64,000 bases of DNA from assembly GCA_963706285.1 (NCBI GenBank), contig CAVPLU010000013.1, positions 64,001 through 128,000 on the forward strand, read 5' to 3'. Position numbers and translations under genes: made by a program. This document shows positions 10,961 to 22,076 of the stretch, piece by piece. This stretch comes from Candidatus Bathyarchaeota archaeon. Its GTDB lineage: Archaea; Thermoproteota; Bathyarchaeia; 40CM-2-53-6. The first letter of the stretch is position 1. Each line of letters opens with the position of its first letter. The notes under the pieces are model-generated. The model saw only the letters and a list, made by a program, of their open reading frames with translations, was not told the DNA's origin and did not search any database.

Positions 10961-11320
10961 ATGGAAGGTTCCAATCGGCTAGAAGGAAAAGAGTACGAGC
11001 TAATGCAGAGAGTCTTGAAGCTCTGGGAACGTTACAAGCCACTCTGCTTGGAACGCCTATGCGTGATCGAAGAGGCATATGCAGTTGCCGAATCGGCCAC
11101 TTTGGATAGCGATCTCCGAGAGAAGGCAGAATCAGCAGCGCACAAGCTGGCCGGTGCATTAGGCTCCATTGGCCTTCCAGAAGGATCCAAGATAGCAAGC
11201 CAAATAGAGGCCCTTCTCCAGCCAGAGAATAGTCTTACTCCCGGCCAGCTCCCACTCCTTTCTGAACTTATCGCCAAACTACGCTCTCAGCTGACCAATG
11301 GACCTGCCAGTCCGGGATGA
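10961..11320 (+). CDS. Hpt (histidine phosphotransfer) domain protein
   Basis: AHKLAGALGSIG motif; all-helical ~110 aa. Confidence 0.88.
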   Translation: MEGSNRLEGKEYELMQRVLKLWERYKPLCLERLCVIEEAYAVAESATLDSDLREKAESAAHKLAGALGSIGLPEGSKIASQIEALLQPENSLTPGQLPLLSELIAKLRSQLTNGPASPG

Positions 11321-11367
11321 TTAATTAGAAACCCATTGATGCATTTCAGTCAACGAGAACCTCTCCC

Positions 11368-11420
11368 TTGAGTCTCTCCTCGACTGAAGTCGGGAGCTTG
11401 CGCTCGCCCAGTTGTGGTCA
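11368..11420. repeat. 53-bp palindromic element, copy 2
   Basis: ttgagtctctcctcgactgaagtcgggagcttgcgctcgcccagttgtggtca; direct repeat of 10702-10754. Confidence 0.7.
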
Positions 11421-11798
11421 CACATTCCAACCTAGTATTGCCGCAATTTGGGTGCCTATTTTTACTGGGTCGAATGGTTTCGCGATGACATCTCTAACGC
11501 CCAGGTCCGCGAATACCTTTCTGTCAGCCGCTTGCACTTTTGCTGTGAACATGATCACCGGGATTTGCTTGGTCGATGGGTCGGCCTGCAGTTTATGGAA
11601 TGTCGCTATTCCGTCGATGTCGGGCATCATTGCGTCCAATAGAATTGCATCGGGATTTTCCTGCTTCGCCTTTGCAATGCCTTGGTTTCCGGATTCAGCG
11701 GTGAGGACTTGCCATCCCGAAACCATCTCGAGACTCATCTGAGCGAGTTCTCGAATGTCCGGTTCATCATCGATCACTAGGATCTTCTTACTCGACAT
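11418..11798 (-). CDS. Single-domain response regulator (bacterial-like)
   Basis: MSSKKILVIDDEPDIRE...LLDAMMPDIDG...IAKPFDP. Confidence 0.92.
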   Translation of the reverse strand: MSSKKILVIDDEPDIRELAQMSLEMVSGWQVLTAESGNQGIAKAKQENPDAILLDAMMPDIDGIATFHKLQADPSTKQIPVIMFTAKVQAADRKVFADLGVRDVIAKPFDPVKIGTQIAAILGWNV

Positions 11799-14700
11799 TG
11801 GTCTTACTCCTGCTTTTGAGAATACGCTCCATGAATTGGATGACCTTCTCTTCGAATTGTTCTGGTGGAATGCGGCTCTTCGTAAAGAAAAGCGTTTCAC
11901 CCAATCTCAGGTTCTCCCGCTGCTGCTTGTCGAGTTCTCTCACAGTGTAGACGACTAGTGGAATCGATCGGAGAATGTTGTCTTTGCGCAGATCTTCGAC
12001 CACAGCCGAGCCATCCATGTCTGGGAGCCCCAAGTCCAGTACGATCAGGTCGGGATGCATCTGCTTGCTGAGCGTGATGCCTTTTTCGCCTGTTTGTGCG
12101 AGGCGTGGGTTGAATGTCGTGTCGTTGCAGCATTGCCGCCAGTATCTTGGCTAGATCGAGGTCGTCTTCTATGATCAGGACCGTACGTGTGCTTTCTGTT
12201 CCAGTCATTGCCTTCGGTTCAGGTAGGGGGTGTGTTTCTTGTAGTGGAATTGTGAAGAAGAACGTGCTGCCTTTGCCGACTGTGCTCTCGACCCAAATCT
12301 TGCCATTGTGCTGTTCGATGATGCTTCGCGAGATTGAGAGCCCTAGCCCCGAGCCGCCTTTCTCTCTTGCGTCTGAGCTGTCGACTTGCTGGAACCGTTC
12401 AAAGAGTATCCCGAGTTTGTCGGGTGGAATCCCTCGTCCTTCATCTTGTACTCGGAAAAGCATTTGATTCTCTTTACGTTCAGCGGCGACCCATATCCTG
12501 CCACCCTTGGATGAGAATTTGATTGCGTTGCTTATGAGATTCGTTAGCGCCTGAACGATTCGATCTGGATCAGCCCACAACTCAGCATCCTGGCTTGCGA
12601 TGGAGAAGGAGATGCCTGCCTTCTCAGCCATTGGTTTCATCACATCCGTAGCCTGCTTGACTAGTTGTGCTGTACTGCATTGTTTCTTTTCCATCGGGGT
12701 CTTCCCAGAGGCCAGTCTTTCGGTGTCGAGAATATCGTTTATGAGGCGTACCAGTCTGTCGGTGTTGGTGACCGCGATCTCAAGCATACGTTGCCCTTTC
12801 TCAGGCAGCGCTCCACCTACACCACTGCCCAGAAGGCCCAGCGAGGCTCGAATGGACGTGAGTGGCGTACGCAATTCGTGACTTACCGTCGAAACAAATT
12901 GGTCCTTCATTCGTTCCACCTGCCTGCGTTCGGTGATGTCCTGATGGGTTCCGATCATTCGGAGTGCTTGACCATTCGCGTCTCGGGCGCTTGCTTTTCC
13001 TCGTCCTAGAATCCATTTCCAATCGCCGTTCTTGGTTCTCATTCGGAATTCTATCGCAAAGTTCGGGATCCGATTCTCAATGCAGTCTTGGTTGCTTCGC
13101 AAAGCCTGATCCCGATCGTCAGGATGAATGAGATTCAACCAAGTGTCCTTAAGGTCTGGAAGTTCACCAGGCTCATAGCCGAGCATCCGATAGTAAGCTG
13201 GACTAAAGTACATCTCACCAGTAACCACGTTCCAGTCCCATAACCCATCACTGGTTGCTTCCATCGCTCGGCGGAAGCGTTCCTCGCTCTCCCGCAACGC
13301 CTCTTCCGCTAGCCTACGTTTGGTGATGTCTTTGTTGATGCCTCGATAACCAAGAAGATCACCTTTCTCATCCAGCATGAGGCACAGCCGTTGGTGAGAA
13401 TGCAGATCCTTTCTCCGTTCTTAGTGAGGTTCCAGTTCTCCAAGTCAATTATGCTCTTCTTTTCGGAGTGTAACCTGCCTGAAAATCTTGGCGACGCGTT
13501 CTACTTCATCCTGTGGCATGAAGATCGAAACGGCGTCTTGCCAATGAGTTCTTCAGAGGAGTACCCGATGCATCTGCTGCAACAGTTCCAGTCGACAAAC
13601 GTGAATTTTCCGTCCCTGTCAACTTCCCAGATCCAGTCGCCTGAGCTCGCTCTATGTCCTTGAACCTCTTTCTGGATTCCTTCAGCATCTGTCTGCATTC
13701 GCTTACGTTCGGTGATGTCTCGAGTGGCGAGAATGGTCCCAGTCATCTGGCCCGTCTCATCAAAGACAGGATTACCGACAGACTCAAGCCAGACATAGTG
13801 GCCATCAGCATGTTTGTAACGGTAATCAAACGTTGCAGTTGAACTAGTAGCAAGAGCCTTTCGAACGATTTCTAGCACGTTATCGAGATCATTGGGGTGG
13901 ACAAGCTCAAAAAGAGATTTGCCCAGCACATCTTTAGGGTCATATCCCAGAACAGTTTTGAATGATGGACTAGCGTACTCACAGATTCCCTGAAGATCCG
14001 TCTGTGCAACCATGTCCATCATGTTCTCGGTGATCCGCCGAAAACGTTCCTCGCTCTCTCGCAGTGCATCATTTGCCTCGTCAATTCGCTCTCCGACTGT
14101 TTGACCTGTTCTTGATGCGAGAACGACAACAGTCGCCAGCGCGAGAAGTAGTACAACTGAGGCCGTCAGTTCAGGGTTGCCTGTCCATGTAACGTCGACC
14201 TCACCAAACCAGCCGAGGAACAAGATAATAGCGACCGTAAGTGGAAGGAACGCCCGAAGTAACTGGGCCTTCACCGACTGACCAACCACAATACGCACTG
14301 GCCAACATGTCGGGCCCGCCGAGATGCAAACGCCAATGCCTAGGAGATCAAGAGCAATAGCAGTCGCCATTACATCCGGCATGCTCGAACTTCCATACAT
14401 CAGCGTTTCCCCTAACACGAAGCCAATCGAACCCACAAGAAGAGCAAGAATGGCAGCCAGTTGGTTTCTTCGGTCACCACTAGCCGAAGAGGGGGTCAGC
14501 ATCACGAGAGACGCACTGGCCAGCACAAGGCCTATGGCGGCAATTGCAGACATCCTGCCGGCTGGCGCGAAACCGACCCAGAAACAGTACGCAGGAACAG
14601 CTGCTCAATATCGAGCGGGGTTCCAGTCACAAACTCGATGAGTACTAGGAGACAGAAGACTAGAACAACAATTGCACAGCCTCGGGCAAGCATTCGGCGG

Positions 14701-14928
14701 CGATGGCTCAAGGGCTTATCAGAATAGGTGAACCATGATGCACACAACAGAAGAATCATCAAAGCAGTGCTGGGAGCCATTTGAATGCGTAGATGAGGAC
14801 TGATCATAGAAGCGATGAACCAATTCGACGCCCAACCAACGATCGCAATCGCGGCAAGTACCGGTGGCCACCACAATGCTCAGCCTTGCGATTCGGGTCA
14901 GATTCCTCGAGCTTTCTTGACTCAACAT
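11788..14928 (-). CDS. Membrane-bound hybrid histidine kinase (TM - 3 PAS - HisKA/HATPase - REC); several frameshifts
   Basis: Joined ORFs 14719-14934, 14532-14876, 13501-14553, 11897-13378, 11788-12060; SHELRTPL, NLISNAIKF, GGSGLGL, LDLGLPDMDG. Confidence 0.88.
12925..13291 (-). repeat. PAS/PAC-coding repeat, copy 1 (inverted relative to 22179-22547)
   Basis: Long identical stretches, e.g. TTGGTTGAATCTCATTCATCCTGACGATCGGGATCAGGCTTTGCGAAGCAACCAAGACTGCATTGAGAATCGGATCCCGAACTTT. Confidence 0.9.
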
Positions 14929-15083
14929 CTCCACCTCAGCTCAGATACATTTTCGTTAAGGAGAGGACTTCCGGCAGACACCAGCCAGACGTAGCGACCG
15001 TCAGCATACCTACAACGACTCAGATCTCTGAAACGCATCTCGGAGCTCTCGAGCTTCTCTGCCAACAGTCTCCGTTCAGTCAA
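14922..15083 (-). pseudogene. Internally deleted PAS-domain remnant
   Basis: LTERRLLAEKLESSEMRFRDL joined to CRYADGRYVWLVSAGSPLLNEN. Confidence 0.55.
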
Positions 15084-15098
15084 GCCATGGAACCTCCA

Positions 15099-15260
15099 TT
15101 ATGCTTCTACCTTGATCCTTCCCTTCTTCACGACGATTTGGCCATCGTCGCTGGCGAATACTAATCGATCACCATTATCCAGTTTGAGAATGTCTCTGAC
15201 ACGTTTTGGGACGGTTGCCTGAAACTTGCTAGTCAGCTTTGAATCGCCCAAGAGCTCCAT
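15099..15260 (-). CDS. AbrB/MazE/SpoVT-family DNA-binding protein (53 aa; not in ORF track)
   Basis: MELLGDSKLTSKFQATVPKRVRDILKLDNGDRLVFASDDGQIVVKKGRIKVEA. Confidence 0.85.
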   Translation of the reverse strand: MELLGDSKLTSKFQATVPKRVRDILKLDNGDRLVFASDDGQIVVKKGRIKVEA

Positions 15261-15753
15261 GAATGAATCACTACTTCAATGAAGTAATGATGTAGGATCG
15301 GGATAGGAGATGTGTCACCCAAGTGCAGGCATTCTGGTGAGAGCCATCCTACCGGAAAAAGACATCCTCAGCAACATCACACAGTGACTAGCTCCCCCAT
15401 GAACGAGTGTTGGCCTCTGGCTCACAGGCCAGTATTTCTCATCTCTGTTCATAGAGCAGTTTCATGGAATTCGCGTGCGAGGTGGGAGTCACCCTTGATC
15501 GCATTAGCACCCTCATCAAGTCGAAACGCGAACAAGAAGACTCGGCGCAGGGAGAGAGCGCTGAACAGAAGGTTCGACATGGTAGCCCTGGCCTGGCGTG
15601 TCTGGTCTAAGCACGGAGAGGGCATTGAACCGCGGGTTCAACTCGAATTCCGTGACCTTCGCTTCGTTGAGCTCATACCTATGAATGTTCCATCCGATTT
15701 CCTTGCTCTTCTTATCGAAGGATCTGCTAACTACCGAAGAAGAATTGCAGCTG

Positions 15754-17088
15754 CTATGTATCCGGAGTCGAAATTTGTCGTGCTCGAATCGTATCTTTCA
15801 GCTTCGCCAAGCCTAGCACTGGTAAGGCGACATAGACCACTATGGTCATGGATGCGGCGGCTAGGAAGGCGATCACCGAAGCCACGTCAGCGCTTCCTGT
15901 CATAGTGCCTATGGCTGCGAATATCAGAGCCGTAGCATGAACTATCCCTATCAGGGGCAGCAACAGGACGCGGAAGACTGCTCGTAGAAGAACGCTTGCT
16001 GATATGGCTTCAGCCAGCCACGGGCTCCATGAATAGTAGAAGCCGTTGAATGCCTCAACGAGGACTCTTCCCGTCGGTGTTGAGCCTATCAGGTTGTCGC
16101 GTACGTAGCGCATGTAGACGACCTCTGGCGCTTGGTCTGAAGCGTACGCGGCAGTAGCAATCACGCAATTCAAATTCAAAGGCGGAGACAGAGGCTTGAA
16201 GGACTGTGCGCTAGTAGTCGTTGTGCTAGTTGTGAGGCTTCTCGTTTCGAGCGTGAGTATCACGATTTCGGTGCTCACACTGGTTGCCGTGCGGGTAATA
16301 GTCGCGTCACGCGTTGTGGTCGTACCAGATAGTGTCACGTAACCCGAACTAGTCACAGTTGTAGTCCCAGCAATCGTGGTTGTTACGCTCGTTGTCGTGC
16401 TTGTCGTCCAACTCACTATCCAAACCGATCCGCCAGTCAAGGTCAGTACGCCGCTCGCAGCGTTCCATTGCCATCCTGCACCCTCCACTTTTGATACGCC
16501 ATCAAGGCTCACAGCTATTGGTTTGCCTTCGACGCTTGACAGCTGCAATATTCCAGTTCCTCCCGTCTGGATCGTGAGTTGCTTTGCACTTGGCGCATAG
16601 GTTGTAGCGATTATGGGGGTGGTCGCTTTGAGAATCTTGATTCCCGATGTGCCTAACGTATTGAAGTCTACTGTGACCGTTTGGTTGCTCAACTGGGTGT
16701 AGAGCGTCATGTTGGTATTCGCGTACGAGTAGTTGAGTGCGTTCACGACGAAGGACGGGGAAACGGTCCCAGTCTGGAACGTAATCGGAATTGTTCCTGT
16801 GCTAGTGCGGTTCCACGCAAGAAATGTCATCTGTTTGTTCGGCAGTAAGTCGGTTCTCCCGGTCAGATTTAGGAAAACCTCGGGAGGTTGGGTTTGCTTC
16901 GGAAGCACCAACGGGCCAGACAACGTATACGTGTTGAGGAAACGGACTGTACCATTATTCCACTGCAAGCCTACTTGGCGAGAGTAGTTCAAACTCAGGT
17001 ATTGTGGAACTACGACCGAGCCTCCCGCCAAAGGTAGAAAGATGGTCGCGATCATGGTAAGAACTACAAGGTGGGCAAAACAGCGCAT
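15754..17088 (-). CDS. Secreted Thr-rich surface protein with CFI-box-CTERM domain
   Basis: Signal peptide, Thr/Ser linker, CVIATAAYAS...RYVRDN...FYYSWSP, C-terminal TMs. Confidence 0.85.
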   Translation of the reverse strand: MRCFAHLVVLTMIATIFLPLAGGSVVVPQYLSLNYSRQVGLQWNNGTVRFLNTYTLSGPLVLPKQTQPPEVFLNLTGRTDLLPNKQMTFLAWNRTSTGTIPITFQTGTVSPSFVVNALNYSYANTNMTLYTQLSNQTVTVDFNTLGTSGIKILKATTPIIATTYAPSAKQLTIQTGGTGILQLSSVEGKPIAVSLDGVSKVEGAGWQWNAASGVLTLTGGSVWIVSWTTSTTTSVTTTIAGTTTVTSSGYVTLSGTTTTRDATITRTATSVSTEIVILTLETRSLTTSTTTTSAQSFKPLSPPLNLNCVIATAAYASDQAPEVVYMRYVRDNLIGSTPTGRVLVEAFNGFYYSWSPWLAEAISASVLLRAVFRVLLLPLIGIVHATALIFAAIGTMTGSADVASVIAFLAAASMTIVVYVALPVLGLAKLKDTIRARQISTPDT

Positions 17089-17253
17089 CAGTCTTCATCT
17101 TTTGGATGGTCAGCCTCGCGGATGATTCTGCGGGTTTCTCCGAGTGAACGAACAAACTCTGACAGCTTCTTTGGCACCCACATGAAGAACACGCCGACTA
17201 TCGCCGTATTTCAGCGATTCAAAACCGACTATCGCCAACACCACTTACGTCTC

Positions 17254-19273
17254 TCATACTGTCTTGAGCCTTACCACTAGTGCCGTGTCAACGCTGGCGG
17301 CAGTCGCCTGAGTCAATGGATCGAAGGTGGCAGGACTCGTATTAGCCGCTATCGCAGTCGTGAACATCGTTGGATGAGTGCCAGCTTCAACATTGGTATT
17401 GATTAGGTCGTAAGTCTGAGTTCCATACGTCCTCGCCGTGAAACTACCTGAAGCGCTATCCCTCCCCCAGAGAATGTAGATCAAACCGCGCTTCAGAGTC
17501 ACTGACCCTTGGCTAGGCGCAACCGTGTAGGTAGCCGCCCCCGTCATCGCTATCGCTGTACAGGTGGCAACCAGATTTGCCACGCCGCTCTTTCCGTCAG
17601 TTGCCTGATAGATCAACAGCCTCGCAGTGCCTGACCCCGTCCCAGTGGTTCTGAATACTATCCGATTGAAAGTCACTGGTCGATTAATGATGTAGGATGC
17701 GCCGTCAAAGTTTGTCTGATCAGCCCGCGTAATCTGTGCGGCAGTCGGACCTTCAGGACGAGGAAGATAATCAGCCGTCTCAATCCCAAGAATCTGATCA
17801 GGAACCGCGTCAATGTCAACCGTATTGGTTGCGGGAGTATCAACCACCGTAAGTTTCGTGGATGCAGCTTTGATGTTCTTGAGTTGAAGATCGACGCCAA
17901 GACTTCTGCTTGTAGATGCCGATTCCTGCTGTGCCCGCATTGGATGCCGTGTTTGATTCACCCACACCTGTACCGGATAGGACCGTGGTTATCCCGAGCT
18001 TTCCAGACGTGATGAACTTCGCTTTCAAAGGATCATTGAGTGCCGTGGTGCCCTGCTGAACGATTAGCCAACCACGAAAAGTCATCAAAGTGGTGAAGGG
18101 ACCAATATTGACAGCCTTGAGAACATCCGCTTGGGCCGCCGCCATACTAGCATACTCTGTCTGTCCATAATGAATCAGGCCAATAGCAACCTCAGGGTCG
18201 AAGAATATTTGTTGAAGCGTGAATTTGCCAGCAGTCACAGCATGTAGAGTGCCAGTACCATCATCGTAATGTTCTGGGTCTATGCTCTGGGATTTTGATG
18301 TATGAGTCCATACGCCCGGAGTGGCACTCTGGTAACTGTATATGTTCCAAACAATCGTTACGGCATTGTCTGTGTGGATGTTTGGACTTCGTCTATCCTG
18401 TACGTATCCTGATCCAATCGAGAACGTTCTACCAGCCGTCTTATCGACAAAGAGGTTCGCGCCGTTCGGTCCAAAAACGTTCCCGTCAATGTTGAATGAG
18501 CCTAATGCTTCAGCGAAATCGGTGAACTGCATTCCAGTATCGTATGCGACGTAGCTGTGACCTAGAATGCCTTCGAGTACCGTGTGCAGCGGATGTTGCA
18601 ACTGCCCTAATTCAACCAGGTCTCTCCGCTCGGAAGCAGTTAATTCACTGGTTTGTTGCATCACGGCTCCGGCAGCATTAATGCTCACATACGTCTTATC
18701 AGCCGTTGCCAGATTAGGAACCGCTATGGCAGTCATAGCTGGCCAATTGAGTGTCGTTCGAACTGGCGCATTAACATCCGTGTAATTATTCACGAAAATG
18801 CCTGAACCAGCAGCTATGTCGAATTTGGTGGGGTCAGCATTAATTGAAAGCGTCCCACCAGTCAACAATCCAGTGGATTGCACATTCTTCATTCGGATGG
18901 TTTCTGCGGAGATGTCTACGCCGTCAACGTTTCCTGTAGCAGTTAGGTTGGCAAGCTTGAGATCCCTGTATGATGCACCCGTAATGTCCATGATGGCAAG
19001 CGTGTTGGCAAGGGAATCCTCTTTGAGAAGAAGGGCGCCTAGTTCGATCTTATCGGGGTTATCGTAGAGTGTCATGGCACGGCTGGGTTTAGTGTCTTCA
19101 AAGGCAAGCAGTAGACTGAGTAGCGCACCTGCACCAAGTCCTCTGCTTAGTCTCACTAGAACGTCGCGCCGAGACGACGGGGGTAGTCCAGCGATGGCTT
19201 GGCTGATCGCGTCTACGTCAGCGTCCTTTCTTCCCCCATCTTCACGATGGACCAAGGGGTTTCCATTCCTCAC
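17254..19273 (-). CDS. Large beta-rich protein, virion/tail-fibre-like, with twin-arginine-like signal; frameshift near 17905
   Basis: SSRRDVL plus hydrophobic stretch; GESNTASNAG..GIYKQK-GVDLQLKNI spans ORFs 17840-19273 and 17254-17967. Confidence 0.6.
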
Positions 19274-19499
19274 CTATTGGGTTCGGCATTGAGTTTGAAT
19301 ATTCTTGAGTACTTGGAGGCAAAATCGCCCATGCGAGCATTAACAATCAGCATTGATGTGTCCTCATGAAAATCTCGCTAGCGTAGACCATTTCTTCTTT
19401 CTTGTTTGTGAGGTTTTGATGTGAATGGTTGGCCATCGTTGACCACGAGATTGCAGATCGAGCTCACGATCGACACAGACGCAACATACAAAGACAAAC

Positions 19500-19712
19500 A
19501 TGTTCAAAGAAAGTGCCCCGGCGGTAGAGAAACCAGTTTTGAGAAGACTGTGTGAGAAATTCGGCATGGACTACGAAAGCATCAAGGACTTGCAGTTTCA
19601 GGCCACTCTCGAGACGGCCACGCATATTGTAGGCCCGACCCCTAAGCAAGTTAGGCAGATTGCTGTGGCTTTCTCCAGTTCTTGCGAGCGTAGGAGGCTT
19701 GCGACTGGTTAA
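19500..19712 (+). pseudogene. DUF3227/NitrOD5-like fragment
   Basis: MFKESAPAVEKPVLRRLCEKFG resembles the C-half of paralogs at 20946 and 21642. Confidence 0.45.
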
Positions 19713-19889
19713 TCCAAGCGTGACTCCGGCAAGTCTGCCGGCACTCTGTCTTGAAACGTTTCATTTACAATGAATTCTGGAAAATTCAGTTGAAACATGC
19801 CCGTCAGAAATCCGATTCACCAGTGGGGCACACTGTCTCAGGCATTCCTCGTTCCCGGACAAGAACTTTCTCTAGCGTTGGTTAGAGGC

Positions 19890-20635
19890 TTACATGAACC
19901 CGTTCGTCATCGACTTCCTGGGAGCACCAGTGACAATGCCTTCATATTGGGCAAAGGGCGCGGCTACCTTGATACCCTGTGACGTAATCGCAAACTCCCT
20001 CAGCTCTTTGCTATGGTCACTTCCTCTAAGCTTCAATATGACCAGCGCTTTGCGCATGGAGGACTCGATCTCGACGTATCGTAGAAGAATTATGCCGTCT
20101 ACGAGAAAACTCATCCCGGCTTCTGTCACTGAAAGCGATTGTCCAACTATTTGTGGCGACTCCCATGTGAGTACTGAGCTTGAGTCGCTTGGTCTTGAGA
20201 TACATGATCAATCGATAGGTTTCCTTTCTGAGGTCGCTCTCGGGAACGTACATTTGAAGGTGGCTTAGCGAGTCGATTACTATTCTCTGAGGCTGAATCT
20301 CCTTGATCGACTCGTCAAGTATGTTTTCTCCTCCTTCGGTTTGCATGAGTAGATTTGGAGACGTGCATATCAACCTGAACTTGTTTTCCTCCTCTAACTT
20401 CCGTAGATCCCAGCCAAAGCTCTTGGCATCACGATAGATCTGATTGGGAAGTTCCTCGAAGGTCACGTAGATCCCCCTGTCACCAAATTGAGTTACCCCG
20501 TTCACCAAGTACTGCAGTGCAAGAGTTGTCTTTCCTGACCCGGCGCTTCCCGCGATCAGGACGGCATCTCCTGGCATGAATCCACCCCTTGAGCATCTCG
20601 TCGAGTTCAAGTATTCCTGTCTTGATACGTTCCAT
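19890..20635 (-). CDS. Single-domain KaiC/RAD55-like ATPase; frameshifted
   Basis: MERIKTGILELDEML-GG, GSAGSGKT, RIVIDSL, ILKLRGSDHSKELREFAIT. Confidence 0.9.
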
Positions 20636-20648
20636 CTTCGTTAATCTC

Positions 20649-20939
20649 CTATCCTTTCTCCAATCCCTTCATGTGTTCCACAATACTATCCTGAATTTTC
20701 TTGTCAACTTCACGGTTCAAGAGAACGACTTCAATCTTGCCGATTCGTTTCTTTCTTAGGAGACCTAGTTTCACCAAGTCTTCTACATCCGACTCTACCA
20801 CGTTAGCCGTCCTTCCTATCCTACGGGCCACGCCATCCATAGTATCCATGATTCCTGGATTCTTGTGGAACAAGACGAGGAGGTCTGCTTTAACCTCCGA
20901 AGAAAGCAACCTGCTCAGTAGCTCATTTCCTTCGCTCAA
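20649..20939 (-). CDS. Winged-HTH protein associated with the KaiC-like ATPase
   Basis: LLVLFHKNPG..DTMDGVARRIGRT...VEDLVKLGLL. Confidence 0.7.
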   Translation of the reverse strand: MSEGNELLSRLLSSEVKADLLVLFHKNPGIMDTMDGVARRIGRTANVVESDVEDLVKLGLLRKKRIGKIEVVLLNREVDKKIQDSIVEHMKGLEKG

Positions 20940-20945
20940 CTCGGG

Positions 20946-21302
20946 TCAAGACTCCTCTTCGTATCGGCGTTTGCAGTTTTCCACGTACAACTTCAAGCTC
21001 AAGTCGCTCCGTTCAGGAAACGAACAACCCCCAATCTTATTGCATAGGTTACGCGCGATCATCCGGGCCAGTACCGGAGCACCTTTGCCAAACATCTTCC
21101 CTAACGCGGTCTGAAAATCATCCAAACGGTCTGGAATCTCTTCACGCCTGACATTGAAGCTCTTCTCTAGGCAGGGGAACATAACCTCCAGTGGCCTATC
21201 TCCTAAGACTCCACGTATGGCATCATCAATGGACTCAAGTAGCAAACTGCGAAACGCTTTTGCTTCGAGATTCGCCAGGCGCAGCTCTTCTGTGCGGAGC
21301 AA
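20946..21302 (-). CDS. DUF3227/NitrOD5-like protein
   Basis: LLESIDDAI..VLG...REEIPDRLDDFQTALGKMFGKGAPVLARMI. Confidence 0.65.
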   Translation of the reverse strand: MLRTEELRLANLEAKAFRSLLLESIDDAIRGVLGDRPLEVMFPCLEKSFNVRREEIPDRLDDFQTALGKMFGKGAPVLARMIARNLCNKIGGCSFPERSDLSLKLYVENCKRRYEEES

Positions 21303-21641
21303 ACACTACTGCCTGAAAGTTGGCGTTGGATTCCCTCTCGATAAAGATTGCCGCCTGCGACCGCATTGCTGACGCGATTGCGTCGGTTGGATTGCATGTG
21401 AGTTGACAGAATACTGTCTACTGCATGAGAAAGGATCGTGTCGTTGCCGAAATGAGTTCAGGCGCTACACCAATGCGTCGCTTGCTCCACGACAATGACG
21501 CCAAAAGAAGACATAGGAACAGGTAAGACAACGCTGAGCACGTTTTTTCGACTTGGCTCTAGGAGATTCATCGTCAGTATTCTCGTGTGCACCTCTGAAC
21601 AGGAACAAGGCGCTCGAAATCCTTTGTATTGACATATTTCT

Positions 21642-22055
21642 TTGTACGACCAGCCCAACCCTTATGCCACGCAAGAAGGCAATTCATCATTTGCCGGGTC
21701 GAATTCTGGCAGCGGACAATTCGTGAGTGAACCTGCACAGTTCAGGGAGGCATTGATTGAAGCTGTTGATTACGGACTGATGGTGCTGGGCGAGATTGTA
21801 AGACAAACTATCTACGGACAGATTGAGAATCATCACGCACTCAAACGTACAGAGATTCCTGAACGACTTGAAGCTTTCCATAAAGCGATGGAGAGCGTGC
21901 TCGGGGTAAATGCAAAGACGGTTGAGAAACTCATCGCCAAGAACCTCTACCAGAGACTCAACTTGCACTTCACACCGCGTCCGGAATGGACGTTGATTGA
22001 ATATCTTGACCACGCAAGGACGGCTTCTTCAAAGTCAACTCCAGTTCACGTATAG
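21642..22055 (+). CDS. DUF3227/NitrOD5-like protein
   Basis: LIEAVDYGLMVLGE...RTEIPERLEAFHKAMESVLG..AKTVEKLIAKNLYQRL. Confidence 0.7.
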   Translation: MYDQPNPYATQEGNSSFAGSNSGSGQFVSEPAQFREALIEAVDYGLMVLGEIVRQTIYGQIENHHALKRTEIPERLEAFHKAMESVLGVNAKTVEKLIAKNLYQRLNLHFTPRPEWTLIEYLDHARTASSKSTPVHV

Positions 22056-22076
22056 GCCTTAGGGTATGAGAAGACT

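Noticed and set aside
15312-15750. ORF 15312..15905 and a minus-strand fragment
   Set aside because: No recognisable motifs, and it overlaps a convergent gene; likely decayed DNA.
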